Positions 21,701-29,755 of a DNA stretch of 64,000 nucleotides are shown here, piece after piece. The position numbers and the translations under genes are program-made. The notes beneath the pieces were generated by a model. The model did not search any database. It saw only the letters and a list, made by a program, of their open reading frames with translations, and was not told where the DNA came from. Numbering within the stretch: the first letter of the stretch is position 1; the number at the start of each line of letters is the position of its first letter. This stretch comes from Candidatus Peribacteria bacterium (GTDB lineage Bacteria; Patescibacteriota; Gracilibacteria; UBA1369; 2-02-FULL-48-14). The stretch is from the NCBI GenBank assembly GCA_943357175.1, contig CALRGE010000005.1, positions 17,190-81,189 of the forward strand. The letters run 5' to 3'.

Positions 21701-22425
21701 TAGATACTACTGCCGGATTCTGTAATGGAACTGATTCATCATCAGACAACTTCATCAGTAACTTAAGTTCTTATGTTTGCGAGATCTTCAGTACGGTTAG
21801 TGAAATCTGGGACTCTGCAACAATTACAGAAATCACTGTAGAGCATGTTTACGAAGAAGTTAGGAATGCAGAAACAATACAAACCCAGCAAGGGTTGTAT
21901 AATCATAGTTTCAACTCTTGGAAAGAACTTCAACAAATATTATCAAATCAAAACAATCTTGATAGTGGAATTTTATATTACCTAGGCACAGGTGAAACAG
22001 ATGTAATCACTTTAAATTCTAAAATGGAAGTGGAAGAAGGTGCATGGACCTTAATTGTTGAAAACGCAACACTTAGAATTAACGAAGACATTGTCTACTT
22101 GAATAACACTTATGAATCATCAATTGCTTTCATAGTCATCAATGGAGATATTGATATCGGCGTTGGTGCAGAAATTCTAAATGGTGTTTACTACACTGAT
22201 CAAGGATTCACAGGAGATTGGAGAAGTCCGGTAACAGGTCAACTAACAATCTACGGTTCTATCTATGGTGATGTTAGTGAACTACTTACAAAAGCAAATT
22301 ACGTCGGTTCACCTAACCTAGATGGTGGTGGAATCGTGGTGTATTACGATAGCCGAATTTTGCTTAACACTCCTCCAGGACTTGCAGAATACGTGGATGT
22401 AAACAGCGAGCAGGCTGTGAATTAA
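18784..22425 (+). CDS. Large secreted acidic Cys-containing surface protein
   Basis: Signal peptide; D/E/T/S-rich; two ~105-aa internal repeats; C-terminal beta-strand-rich region ending YDSRILLNTPPGL. Confidence 0.8.
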   Translation: MNKIKTYTLALISGLTLGFLIQLSPISSAYSVDLQVVDELEQTLICSLEATHIHAYTNESGPTDGIEYWARTNKFRIYLHDDFMSNVDLDTLECSSGGRWISCDGGTSTSDGGTSVEFVQNDRSSDAVYPDYVEWTYGNTTASDSPIMPGYNDYDQDGDIDTSPESDRTMGEYLTYDFIEDDSGKASTTSSIYIKFWAYDIEDDTWTAIEEDGETDYHWNNHTGTNITNYTCPAAGCALMTITPDEVGVDNLYTSTDFEVTAYDSEGTDITADLEDEDGFDYTATGEGAFKYLWTTRQTLSGADATQTYKKAGAGDSFTVEAVGYEDTCKVEIAFPYCEDLTVNEPIMPIFSSAPYTTDIDIDVTASNGEVWPFDITYTSDDSDATFDGETSPYTTTETNVAYSSSVSAQVDIEADHDDAGLCKTNFSYTITEEETPDQYCTLLELERIDSTNCWTYDITNSQSFQGTLYAEGYTDSTGTTLATSKLKIDSESFANPASSTLQNLTSDYSGKICWPEYEVGNYLKVYVEDEDSCLAEYVETIPAICNDIEVTPSSGNCWTYELNNEADFNGTLCAAGYTDNTKATTNGTITIYDEREKSVSGNEACVELKNPKSIYEGSICWPEYVKGNYLDVYVEDQNMCLYNYEDTTPEEETPGETSGGPGAPTNVFGNGGGVIDSPGIELPDSVITIVYPELSGTLSKYVYTFNFADQKKLEPDVDRNMFPSHDLDYAFYTLEYDPEEGESYITFGDDMWINDISGYFGNSEPSSGSVKLLSDTSELSTYESTKRLGLTDALESGSDDIGNAAIGRYWIPYISNDNGNKTEIFDCTSYPDNVCYNLDYNPVDTSNVLIQNADLLNEDEVIRIRYVGRVHQTEGLCEDEDRKNPDGTTDACLTETFDNNGYVIAYGGYQGITAQAKIVVLCQYIVTRNAGDVYLDDVLPSGSDISCINWGEVTEGEEYANIEGIIVNNYSIDTTAGFCNGTDSSSDNFISNLSSYVCEIFSTVSEIWDSATITEITVEHVYEEVRNAETIQTQQGLYNHSFNSWKELQQILSNQNNLDSGILYYLGTGETDVITLNSKMEVEEGAWTLIVENATLRINEDIVYLNNTYESSIAFIVINGDIDIGVGAEILNGVYYTDQGFTGDWRSPVTGQLTIYGSIYGDVSELLTKANYVGSPNLDGGGIVVYYDSRILLNTPPGLAEYVDVNSEQAVN

Positions 22426-22536
22426 TTCAATTCCTGCGCGCGCAAATACCCTCCGGGTACTTCGCCTGTTAAATGTCAAAAACGCCACTTGATATACGTA
22501 AAAAATGGAGTAATATTCGCTCTCTTTATAAATTTT

Positions 22537-23085
22537 ATGGAACAGCCAAGCCAAGAAATTCTTGCGGAAGAATTTATACAAATCAGAGGAGGCTTAATAA
22601 ATCATGCATCTGGAATCACTAAAAATGAACAAGATGCCGAAGAAATAGTTTCTACGGTTATTGAAACGTTTCTAGTTAAGCTCAATAGCGGTGAACTACA
22701 AATGTATAACGCAAATTATAAAACCTACCTGTATACAGCTGTTAGAAATCGTGCTTTCAATTTAATCAGAGATAGACAAAGAAGATACAAAATAATTGAT
22801 TCTCATGAATGGGAGAATGCATCTAATTCAAATCAGGAAAACGAATTAAATCTCAAACAATTAACTGATTTATATTTACAATCACTCGGAGAACTTCCAA
22901 ATCATCAAAATGAAGCAATGCAGCTTAGAACACTAGGAGATTGTAGTTATCAAGAGATAATGGAAAGACAAGGTATAAAAATGGGGACTGTGATGTCTCG
23001 TTTATCAAGAGCACGAAAACAAATCAAAGAAGTATTATCTGCCAATGCGGATTATGAGGACCTGTTAAAATACACAATTCTCTAA
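22537..23085 (+). CDS. ECF-type sigma-70 factor
   Basis: DAEEIV, TYLYTAVRN and SYQEI...GTVMSRLSRARK; ATG 22537 preferred over TTG 22489. Confidence 0.85.
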   Translation: MEQPSQEILAEEFIQIRGGLINHASGITKNEQDAEEIVSTVIETFLVKLNSGELQMYNANYKTYLYTAVRNRAFNLIRDRQRRYKIIDSHEWENASNSNQENELNLKQLTDLYLQSLGELPNHQNEAMQLRTLGDCSYQEIMERQGIKMGTVMSRLSRARKQIKEVLSANADYEDLLKYTIL

Positions 23086-23270
23086 GACGCAAGATCTCCG
23101 GCGGAGTTAGTTAGAACATAGGTCAATTGGCTTCTTCTGGTCAACAAATCCTCCAAACCTTCAACCGAAGATGGGATTCTTCCGGCATTTACAGCCGTTT
23201 TAATTTTCGCAGAAATTTCTGATTCCAGATCGTTTCGCTCTTCTAGAATACTTTTTATATCTAAATTCAT
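23082..23270 (-). CDS. Small hypothetical protein
   Basis: 62-aa helical ORF; TAAGAT 6 nt before ATG. Confidence 0.55.
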   Translation of the reverse strand: MNLDIKSILEERNDLESEISAKIKTAVNAGRIPSSVEGLEDLLTRRSQLTYVLTNSAGDLAS

Positions 23271-23355
23271 AATGTTATCTTAAGTAGCCTCCACTATAAT
23301 AGATAATTTTTATTTGTCTAGATGATTTTTAAGCGTGCCGTGATAGAATCGGCAT

Positions 23356-24306
23356 ATGAAAATAGAAAATTTAACTTTCATGTACGGAGAAGACAGTTTT
23401 TCTCTTCAAAAAGAAGTCGACCGCTGGAAAAAAGGCTTCATAGAAAAACATGGTGATTTAAACCTCTTAGAGATTGCAAACGGAGAAATTGAAGTGGCGG
23501 AATTACGATCCAACATCAGCTCCCTTCCCTTTCTTGGTGAAAAACGACTGATAATCCTGAAAGATTGCTTAAAAAAAGCTGAATTAAAAGAAGCTCTGGC
23601 AGATATTCCTAGTTCAACAGTAGTTTTGATTGCGGAAACAAATCCACCTGATAAACGTACTTCACTTTTCAAACATCTTTCTGTTGTTGCCACTGTCCGA
23701 CTTTTCCTTCCTCCAAAAGGCGCACAACTGCGCACTTGGGTGGAAAGACGCACAGAATTTCATGAGGGTCATATTGATGGAAATGCAGCAGCATATCTAA
23801 TTAATATTTGCGGCGAAAACCTTTGGAATCTTGATAATGAAATACAAAAACTTTGCCTTTACGCCCGCGGAGAATCAATTTCAATCGAGAAAATTGAGGA
23901 ACTTGTAAGTGGAAACATTCAAGAATCCATTTTCAAAATGATTGATGAGCTTTCTCAAAAAAGAGTTGCAGAAGTTTTGAGGCTACTCCGCCAACTACAA
24001 GAACAGGGCGAAGATGCCGGCTTTGTTTTTTCCATGATTGCACGCCAATTCCGTTTAATGCTTGAAGTCAAAGCTCTACTTGAAGAGCGCTACAATCCAA
24101 ATATGCTTGCTTCGCGAGTGGGAATTGCGCCTTTCGTTGCGAATATCGTTAGCCGCCAGTGCAGAAATTTCACTTATGGCGAACTTCGCAAAGTAATGTC
24201 CGGTTTATTGAAAATTGACCGAAGATTAAAAACCGGCTTACTCGAACTCAGCGCCAAAAACCAAGATCATTATTTATTGGAGATTGAGAGATTGTTTGTT
24301 GCCTGA
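23356..24306 (+). CDS. holA: DNA polymerase III subunit delta
   Basis: YGEDSF, SLPFLGEKRL, NEIQKL, IARQFR and IDRRLKTG motifs. Confidence 0.9.
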   Translation: MKIENLTFMYGEDSFSLQKEVDRWKKGFIEKHGDLNLLEIANGEIEVAELRSNISSLPFLGEKRLIILKDCLKKAELKEALADIPSSTVVLIAETNPPDKRTSLFKHLSVVATVRLFLPPKGAQLRTWVERRTEFHEGHIDGNAAAYLINICGENLWNLDNEIQKLCLYARGESISIEKIEELVSGNIQESIFKMIDELSQKRVAEVLRLLRQLQEQGEDAGFVFSMIARQFRLMLEVKALLEERYNPNMLASRVGIAPFVANIVSRQCRNFTYGELRKVMSGLLKIDRRLKTGLLELSAKNQDHYLLEIERLFVA

Positions 24307-24385
24307 AAAATTGTGACTATTTGATTTTGCATTCGGGCGAGATTAAACACTATTTATGCTTAATGGAAGTATATATACTAAGACT

Positions 24386-24529
24386 ATGAAACGGTTAACA
24401 GACAATACAGATAAACTAGATTCATCCATTGAAAGAATGGATATGCTATTAAGTCGAATAGACCCAAAACTACTTGCAAGTTTAGAAGAACAACTGTACG
24501 GCAAACTATACATTTCACAACCATCTTAA
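24386..24529 (+). CDS. Small hypothetical protein, 47 aa (not in ORF track)
   Basis: MKRLTDNTDKLDSSIERMDMLLSRIDPKLLASLEEQLYGKLYISQPS; TATACT 6 nt before ATG. Confidence 0.55.
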   Translation: MKRLTDNTDKLDSSIERMDMLLSRIDPKLLASLEEQLYGKLYISQPS

Positions 24530-24569
24530 CCTGCAAAAATCTGTGCACGTGCGGGAATGTATATTTAAA

Positions 24570-24681
24570 CGTACAGTTCGGAATCCCACGCATGAGGACA
24601 TGTAGTTTGGGTTTTTGAAGGACCGTAATCCCAGATTAAAAAAGAAGAGATCATGATCTCTCCTTTTTTAATTCCAGGTCC
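24570..24681. repeat. Dispersed structured repeat, copy A (includes 38-bp near-palindrome that may terminate glnA)
   Basis: ATTAAAAAAGAAGAGATCA|TGATCTCTCCTTTTTTAAT at 24635-24672; 24624-24677 matches 59357-59410 at 40/54 ungapped. Confidence 0.7.
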
Positions 24682-24694
24682 GAAAAAATACAAA

Positions 24695-26116
24695 TTACAT
24701 GTCCAAATATCTATCCACTTCCCACTGGCTTACATAAGTTCTGTATGAATTCCACTCAGCCATTTTTGCTTCGTAGAAATGATTGAAGAAATGTTCGCCC
24801 AAAGCGCTTCGCAAAACTTCATCATCGCGGAAGGCATCAATCGCTTCTTTCAAAGTTCCGGCAACAGAAGTAACTTTCAACTTTTTCATTTCCTTTGGAG
24901 TCAATTCCCAAATGTTATCTTCAATTGGAGCAGGAGCAACCATTCCCTTTTTAATTCCATCAATTCCAGCTGCAAGCATAACCGCAAAAGTGAGGTATGG
25001 GTTAGAAGCAGGATCTGGGCATCGAAGTTCACAACGAGTTGCCCTTGGAGCAGTGTGAGGAGTAACTCGAGGAATTCTAATTAGAGCAGATCTATTTCTC
25101 TGGCCCCAAGCAACGTTTACAGGTGCTTCGTAACCCACAACAAGTCGTTTGTAAGAGTTTATTGTTGGGTTCATAATCGCGTTCATAGCTTTGATATGCA
25201 CCATTTGACCTGCAATAAAACTCTTCGCTGTTGTTGAAAGTCCGTAAAGACCATCTTTGTCGTAGAATTTATTTAGACCGTCTTCAAGACCGGCAAGTGA
25301 CTGGTGAACATGCATTCCACTTCCGTTAATTCCAAAAATCGGTTTTGGCATGAAAGTTGCCTGAAGTCCCATTCTTTGAGATATAGCCTTCAAAGTTAAT
25401 TTGAAAGAAATTGCATTGTCGGCAGTTGCTAAAGCATCACCGTATCTGAAATTAATTTCGTGCTGACCTGCAGCAACTTCATGGTGAAGCGCTTCAACCT
25501 CAATTCCCATCTCATCAAGTGCTAAACTCATCGTTCTTCTAATTTCAAGAGCAAGATCTGTAGTCTGATCAAAGTAACCAGCACCATCATGTGGATTCGG
25601 ACCAAATGTTCCATCTTCATTCTTCTTGAACAAAAAGAATTCCAACTCAGGACCAGTATTGAAGCTATAACCAAGCTTCTTGATTTCTGCGAGCTGTTTT
25701 TTGAGAATCTGGCGTGGATCACCCTCAAAAGCCTCTCCGTCTGGAAGGAAAACGTCGCAAATTAATCTTGCTGTTACATCATCTCCATTTTTAGTCCAAG
25801 GTAGAATACAAAATGTATTCAAGTCAGGTTTTAAATACATATCTGACTCTGTAATTCTTGTGAAACCTTCAATTGAAGATCCGTCGAACCAAACATTATT
25901 ATCCATTGCCTCTTCAAGTTTATGAGCTGGAATTGTTACAGCTTTCAAAACACCAAGAATATCTGTGAATTGCATATCCACAAATTGAACTCCGTTTTCT
26001 TTTGCCATTTCAAGAACCATTTCTTTTGTTACCCCGGTTCGAGGGAATTTTTTGTGCTCTCTTCGCATAGCGCGAATTGAGTCTGTCTGGACTGCGCTTT
26101 GTGTGGCGGTTGTCAT
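24695..26116 (-). CDS. glnA: Glutamine synthetase type I
   Basis: FDGSSIEGF, HHEVAAGQHE, FMPKP, NGSGMH, GYEAP and ELRCPDP motifs. Confidence 0.96.
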   Translation of the reverse strand: MTTATQSAVQTDSIRAMRREHKKFPRTGVTKEMVLEMAKENGVQFVDMQFTDILGVLKAVTIPAHKLEEAMDNNVWFDGSSIEGFTRITESDMYLKPDLNTFCILPWTKNGDDVTARLICDVFLPDGEAFEGDPRQILKKQLAEIKKLGYSFNTGPELEFFLFKKNEDGTFGPNPHDGAGYFDQTTDLALEIRRTMSLALDEMGIEVEALHHEVAAGQHEINFRYGDALATADNAISFKLTLKAISQRMGLQATFMPKPIFGINGSGMHVHQSLAGLEDGLNKFYDKDGLYGLSTTAKSFIAGQMVHIKAMNAIMNPTINSYKRLVVGYEAPVNVAWGQRNRSALIRIPRVTPHTAPRATRCELRCPDPASNPYLTFAVMLAAGIDGIKKGMVAPAPIEDNIWELTPKEMKKLKVTSVAGTLKEAIDAFRDDEVLRSALGEHFFNHFYEAKMAEWNSYRTYVSQWEVDRYLDM

Positions 26117-26303
26117 TGGGGCGTTGTTAGGAAATACATTAGAGTTTTAGAGCCGAATACTAAGGTTTACAAGTTAAAATTTTCTTCGAAAATTGGCTGT
26201 CAGACACTTGCAACAAGCCTCTCTTGCCTTATCAATTCGACCGGCATATGCTGTTGCTGATTTCGAGCTGTCGGAATTTTCTACAACACAAAAGCACTTG
26301 ACC

Positions 26304-27038
26304 ATGGAATTAGTAGATGTCCTAATTGATATCGGGCTCAGTGATAAAGAATCTCGCGTTTATTTGGCGACACTTGAAATCGGTGCCTCACCAGCATCTG
26401 AAATCGCAGTCCGCTCTAAAATGAATCGTGTTAGTTGCTATGACATTCTCGAAAAGCTCATCAAACGCGGCTTTATTTCGACTTACAACCAAAACAAAAT
26501 TAAGTTTTTTAACGCAATCGATCCAGATGAAATCAGAAATTCATACCGCCAGAAATATATGAACCTGAAATCTGCTCTGCCTGATCTTCGCCGCCTCCAC
26601 GGAAAAACCTCTCACCCACGAGTTACATATTATGAAGGCCTCGCTGCGATAAAAAAAATCTACTCCGACACACTAACTGCAAAATCTGAAATTTTAAACT
26701 ACGCCGACTCAAAACTGATTCGCCAGCACTGGCCAAATTACGACGACGAATACGTGAATGAAAGGGTGAAGCGAAAAATCTATCTGCGGGGAATTGCTCC
26801 AAAAGATTCACATGGTGAATTAGTTGCACTCGAAAACAAAATCCGCCACCGCGAAATCCGCCTAGTCACTCCTGGTGAATTTTCCTTCGCCAACGAAATC
26901 AACATTTACGACGACAAAGTCTCAATCATCTCCTTCGGCTCCGACTTATTAGGAATGATAATTGAAAGCCACGAAATAGCAGATACGCAAAGAGCAATCT
27001 TTAAGATGGCCTGGGAGTTTGCCAAATTAGCAGGTTAA
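26304..27038 (+). CDS. TrmB-family transcriptional regulator
   Basis: IGLSDKESRVYLATL HTH region and EINIYDDKV C-terminal domain; ATG 26304 preferred over TTG 26193. Confidence 0.85.
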   Translation: MELVDVLIDIGLSDKESRVYLATLEIGASPASEIAVRSKMNRVSCYDILEKLIKRGFISTYNQNKIKFFNAIDPDEIRNSYRQKYMNLKSALPDLRRLHGKTSHPRVTYYEGLAAIKKIYSDTLTAKSEILNYADSKLIRQHWPNYDDEYVNERVKRKIYLRGIAPKDSHGELVALENKIRHREIRLVTPGEFSFANEINIYDDKVSIISFGSDLLGMIIESHEIADTQRAIFKMAWEFAKLAG

Positions 27039-27068
27039 ATTTTACTCATATGAGCAAATTTACAGGTG

Positions 27069-27347
27069 CTATTCATAAACACATTCCGCGGCATACTGCA
27101 TCTGGTTTTTTTGGCCTTCACTAACGACTACTCCATCCAAAACAATCCTAAAAGCCACAGCAAATTTACCAGTATACTCTCGCAAGTCAGAATCATAACT
27201 ACAAAGTAAAAAACCAACATCTTGGGATTCAAAAATCATCCTTGCTCGCTCAGCATCAGGAAAATCTTTCTCTGCATGTTTTTGAAATTGTCCCAATTCT
27301 GAACCAGGATTTTCTTGAACGGCTAGATGTAATTCGTATGTGTCCAT
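27069..27347 (-). CDS. Hypothetical protein
   Basis: 92-aa ORF filling an intergenic gap; no motif recognised. Confidence 0.5.
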   Translation of the reverse strand: MDTYELHLAVQENPGSELGQFQKHAEKDFPDAERARMIFESQDVGFLLCSYDSDLREYTGKFAVAFRIVLDGVVVSEGQKNQMQYAAECVYE

Positions 27348-27425
27348 TTTTTCTTTTATAGGAAGCGAATCCTAAAACAAAGTTGCAAATTTTACAAGTA
27401 AATTAAAAAAGCCTAAACTCAAAAC

Positions 27426-28199
27426 ATGAAAAAAATCGCAATTTTAAGCATTTTCTTACTAATCAGTTCCTGCACAAGATCAGATTATAAATTTGAAATT
27501 CTTTCCGGTACGAAAAATCTTGAAGCAGGTAATACAGAAATGAATTATCAAATTAAAGACGGCGAAGAGATCTTAAAAAGTTTTGCTATCGTACACGAAA
27601 AAATAATGCATTTTATTGTTGTTAGAAATGATCTGCAAGACTTTCAACATCTGCATCCATCTTATGATGAAAATACCGGAGAATTTTCTATAGATTTAAA
27701 TCTTCCCAACGAAGGAGACTACCGTTTGTTCGCAGACTTCACGCCAACAGGAAAGAAATCACCTGTAACTTTATTTCAAGATATTACAATCGGTGACGCA
27801 AAGGATACAGAGCCTGTAGTTATAGATTCAAATAATGTGAAAAACACGGGAGATTACGAAGTAACTTATTCATTTCCAAAAGAAATAGAAGCTGGAACGG
27901 CGATTAAATATACACTCGAAATAAAAAAAGCCGGGATTGATGTAAATAATCTTGAAATGTATCTCGGAGGACTTGCACATGGATTAATAATCAAAAAAGA
28001 AGACCTGGATTTTATCCACTCCCACAATCTTAATAACGACATAAAAGGACCAAAAATTGATTTTGAAACGGTATTCCCGGAATCCGGAATTTATAAAATA
28101 TTCACACAATTCCAGCATGAAGGTCAGATTATAACTTCAGAATATGTAATAGAGGTAAAAGAAAATAAATCAGGGGCTTCTTCATCAATGAAGCACTAG
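27426..28199 (+). CDS. His-rich lipoprotein, putative heavy-metal binding (YtkA-like)
   Basis: Lipobox ISSC; HEKIMH...FQHLHP, YRLFADF, FIHSH and GIYKIFTQF (two related halves). Confidence 0.65.
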   Translation: MKKIAILSIFLLISSCTRSDYKFEILSGTKNLEAGNTEMNYQIKDGEEILKSFAIVHEKIMHFIVVRNDLQDFQHLHPSYDENTGEFSIDLNLPNEGDYRLFADFTPTGKKSPVTLFQDITIGDAKDTEPVVIDSNNVKNTGDYEVTYSFPKEIEAGTAIKYTLEIKKAGIDVNNLEMYLGGLAHGLIIKKEDLDFIHSHNLNNDIKGPKIDFETVFPESGIYKIFTQFQHEGQIITSEYVIEVKENKSGASSSMKH

Positions 28200-28254
28200 C
28201 AAAATTTGACTATCAAGAGAAAAACCGTAAAATGAAGCAGAAATAACCCATTTT

Positions 28255-28815
28255 ATGGCACAATCAATTACAGACTTAAAAGTAGGTGTGGTACTGAATC
28301 ACTCGAATGCTCCTTACCAAATCATTTCGAACTCATTCATGCGAACAGCGCAGAGAAAGCCGGTTATGAGAACAAAACTTAAGAACTTGATGAACGGAAA
28401 TGTGATGGAGAAAACTTTTATAGCTGGTGAATCTTTTGAAGTTGCAGATGTAGGACGAAAAACAATCCAGTTCCTATATAAGGACTCAGACAATGCATAT
28501 TTTATGGACAGCGAAAATTTCGATCAGTTCAGTTTCACTCTTGAAAGCCTTGGTGACATGGCAAATTACCTTCAAGACGGAAAAGAAATGACAGCTTTAA
28601 TGTACGAAGGAAGACCAATTTCTATCCAACTTCCACCAAAAGTGGAATTGAAAGTTGTTGAAACTACTCCTGGAATCAAAGGCGACCGAGCTCAAAGCGG
28701 TACAAAAATTGCTATCGTTGAATCCGGCGCGTCAGTAAACGTTCCCCTATTCGTAAACGAAGGCGATATGATCCGTGTGAACACAGAAACTGGAGAATAT
28801 GTGGAGAGGGCTTAA
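28255..28815 (+). CDS. efp: Elongation factor P
   Basis: FMDSENFDQ, TTPGIKGDRA, VPLFVNEGD and EYVERA motifs. Confidence 0.95.
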   Translation: MAQSITDLKVGVVLNHSNAPYQIISNSFMRTAQRKPVMRTKLKNLMNGNVMEKTFIAGESFEVADVGRKTIQFLYKDSDNAYFMDSENFDQFSFTLESLGDMANYLQDGKEMTALMYEGRPISIQLPPKVELKVVETTPGIKGDRAQSGTKIAIVESGASVNVPLFVNEGDMIRVNTETGEYVERA

Positions 28816-29343
28816 TTAAGCCTCAAGCACAGCAACTCTTTCCTCAGTTCTTTTGTGATTTTCAATTAAGATCGCCATTTCCTGTTCCAATCTCACTAAG
28901 GCACCTTTTGTATCGTCGTGGAATTTTAGGTTGAGGGAACGAAAGTCGGTGAAATCTTTTTCTGTGACAAGCACATTAAGATTAACTCGATGATCGATAA
29001 CTTCAACCACAACATTGTGAAGAGTTTTCTCAACATCACAGAGGCGCTGTTCAACAAGGATAAGTGTTGATTCAACACGACCTAACCTTGCTTCGACTTT
29101 ATCTAGTTTGCGCTCGAGTTTATCCATTCTAGCTTCAATTGCATCCATTCTCTTCTCTAGCTTATCCATACGTGCTTCTATTTTATCCATTCGTTTTTCG
29201 ATGGCATCCATTCTGGCTTCTATTTTATCCATACGAACTTCAAGTTTACCAAGTCTTTGATCTACTTGATCTAACCTAAGATTAATATTTACTTTTAGCT
29301 CATTTATAGCCTCAAGTATTACTGTGATTTCATTTTGTGTCAT
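28816..29343 (-). CDS. Heptad-repeat coiled-coil protein
   Basis: About 10 tandem R-M/L-D-K/A-I/L-E-x heptads. Confidence 0.75.
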   Translation of the reverse strand: MTQNEITVILEAINELKVNINLRLDQVDQRLGKLEVRMDKIEARMDAIEKRMDKIEARMDKLEKRMDAIEARMDKLERKLDKVEARLGRVESTLILVEQRLCDVEKTLHNVVVEVIDHRVNLNVLVTEKDFTDFRSLNLKFHDDTKGALVRLEQEMAILIENHKRTEERVAVLEA

Positions 29344-29384
29344 ACATGTATTGGTTAAGTATTAACCACCTAATTTTAATGAGT

Positions 29385-29422
29385 AAATCTGAATAAGTCC
29401 TGAATTTTTCCTGCAATAATTC
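29385..29422 (-). promoter_or_regulatory. Triple direct-repeat (CAGGA, 11-nt period) motif, copy 1
   Basis: GAATTATTGCAGGAAAAATTCAGGACTTATTCAGATTT; near-identical to 63763-63801; TAAAAT follows 10 nt after the third TCAG. Confidence 0.7.
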
Positions 29423-29639
29423 ACTTAAAAGTTTCCCTTAACTCATCCTGTTTTCTTAAAATATCACTAGCTTTACAAAACATAGCCAACTCTTCAGTAC
29501 TCATCGATTCAAGAAAATATTTTCGCTCTTCTTCCGCTTTTGCGGCAAAATACTTTTTAAAGTAAAAATCGATCTGTTCACTAATCTTATCAATTTTTTT
29601 GTTTAAGTTTGCCAATTCATTTAAAGTTGCGTCTTGCAT
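29421..29639 (-). CDS. Small hypothetical protein
   Basis: 72-aa helical ORF; upstream TTGACC-16-TATAGT promoter. Confidence 0.6.
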   Translation of the reverse strand: MQDATLNELANLNKKIDKISEQIDFYFKKYFAAKAEEERKYFLESMSTEELAMFCKASDILRKQDELRETFK

Positions 29640-29755
29640 ATATTTGCAGGTAAAAACTAATAAATTTCGGGGAAGTACGTGGGACTTCCCACTATAAACG
29701 AAGATGCGAAACGGTCAAGAAACGCGACTTTACCAACTTGAAAGTTTGAGTCATT

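Noticed and set aside
23082-23270. Anti-sigma factor for the ECF sigma
   Set aside because: Convergent rather than co-transcribed; no ZAS motif or TM segment.
11023-24537. Shared 12-mer TTTGCAGGTTAA near the HNH gene and near repeat A
   Set aside because: Too short to separate from chance without a genome-wide count.
24384-24593. 69-aa minus-strand ORF
   Set aside because: Antisense to a better-supported leaderless ORF and starts inside the repeat.
24530-24690. tRNA or SRP RNA
   Set aside because: No cloverleaf, and no complete SRP CAGG...GGAA...AGCA motif.
26117-26303. GlnR box or glutamine riboswitch upstream of glnA
   Set aside because: No TGTNA-N7-TNACA match or recognisable aptamer; only a weak palindrome before trmB.
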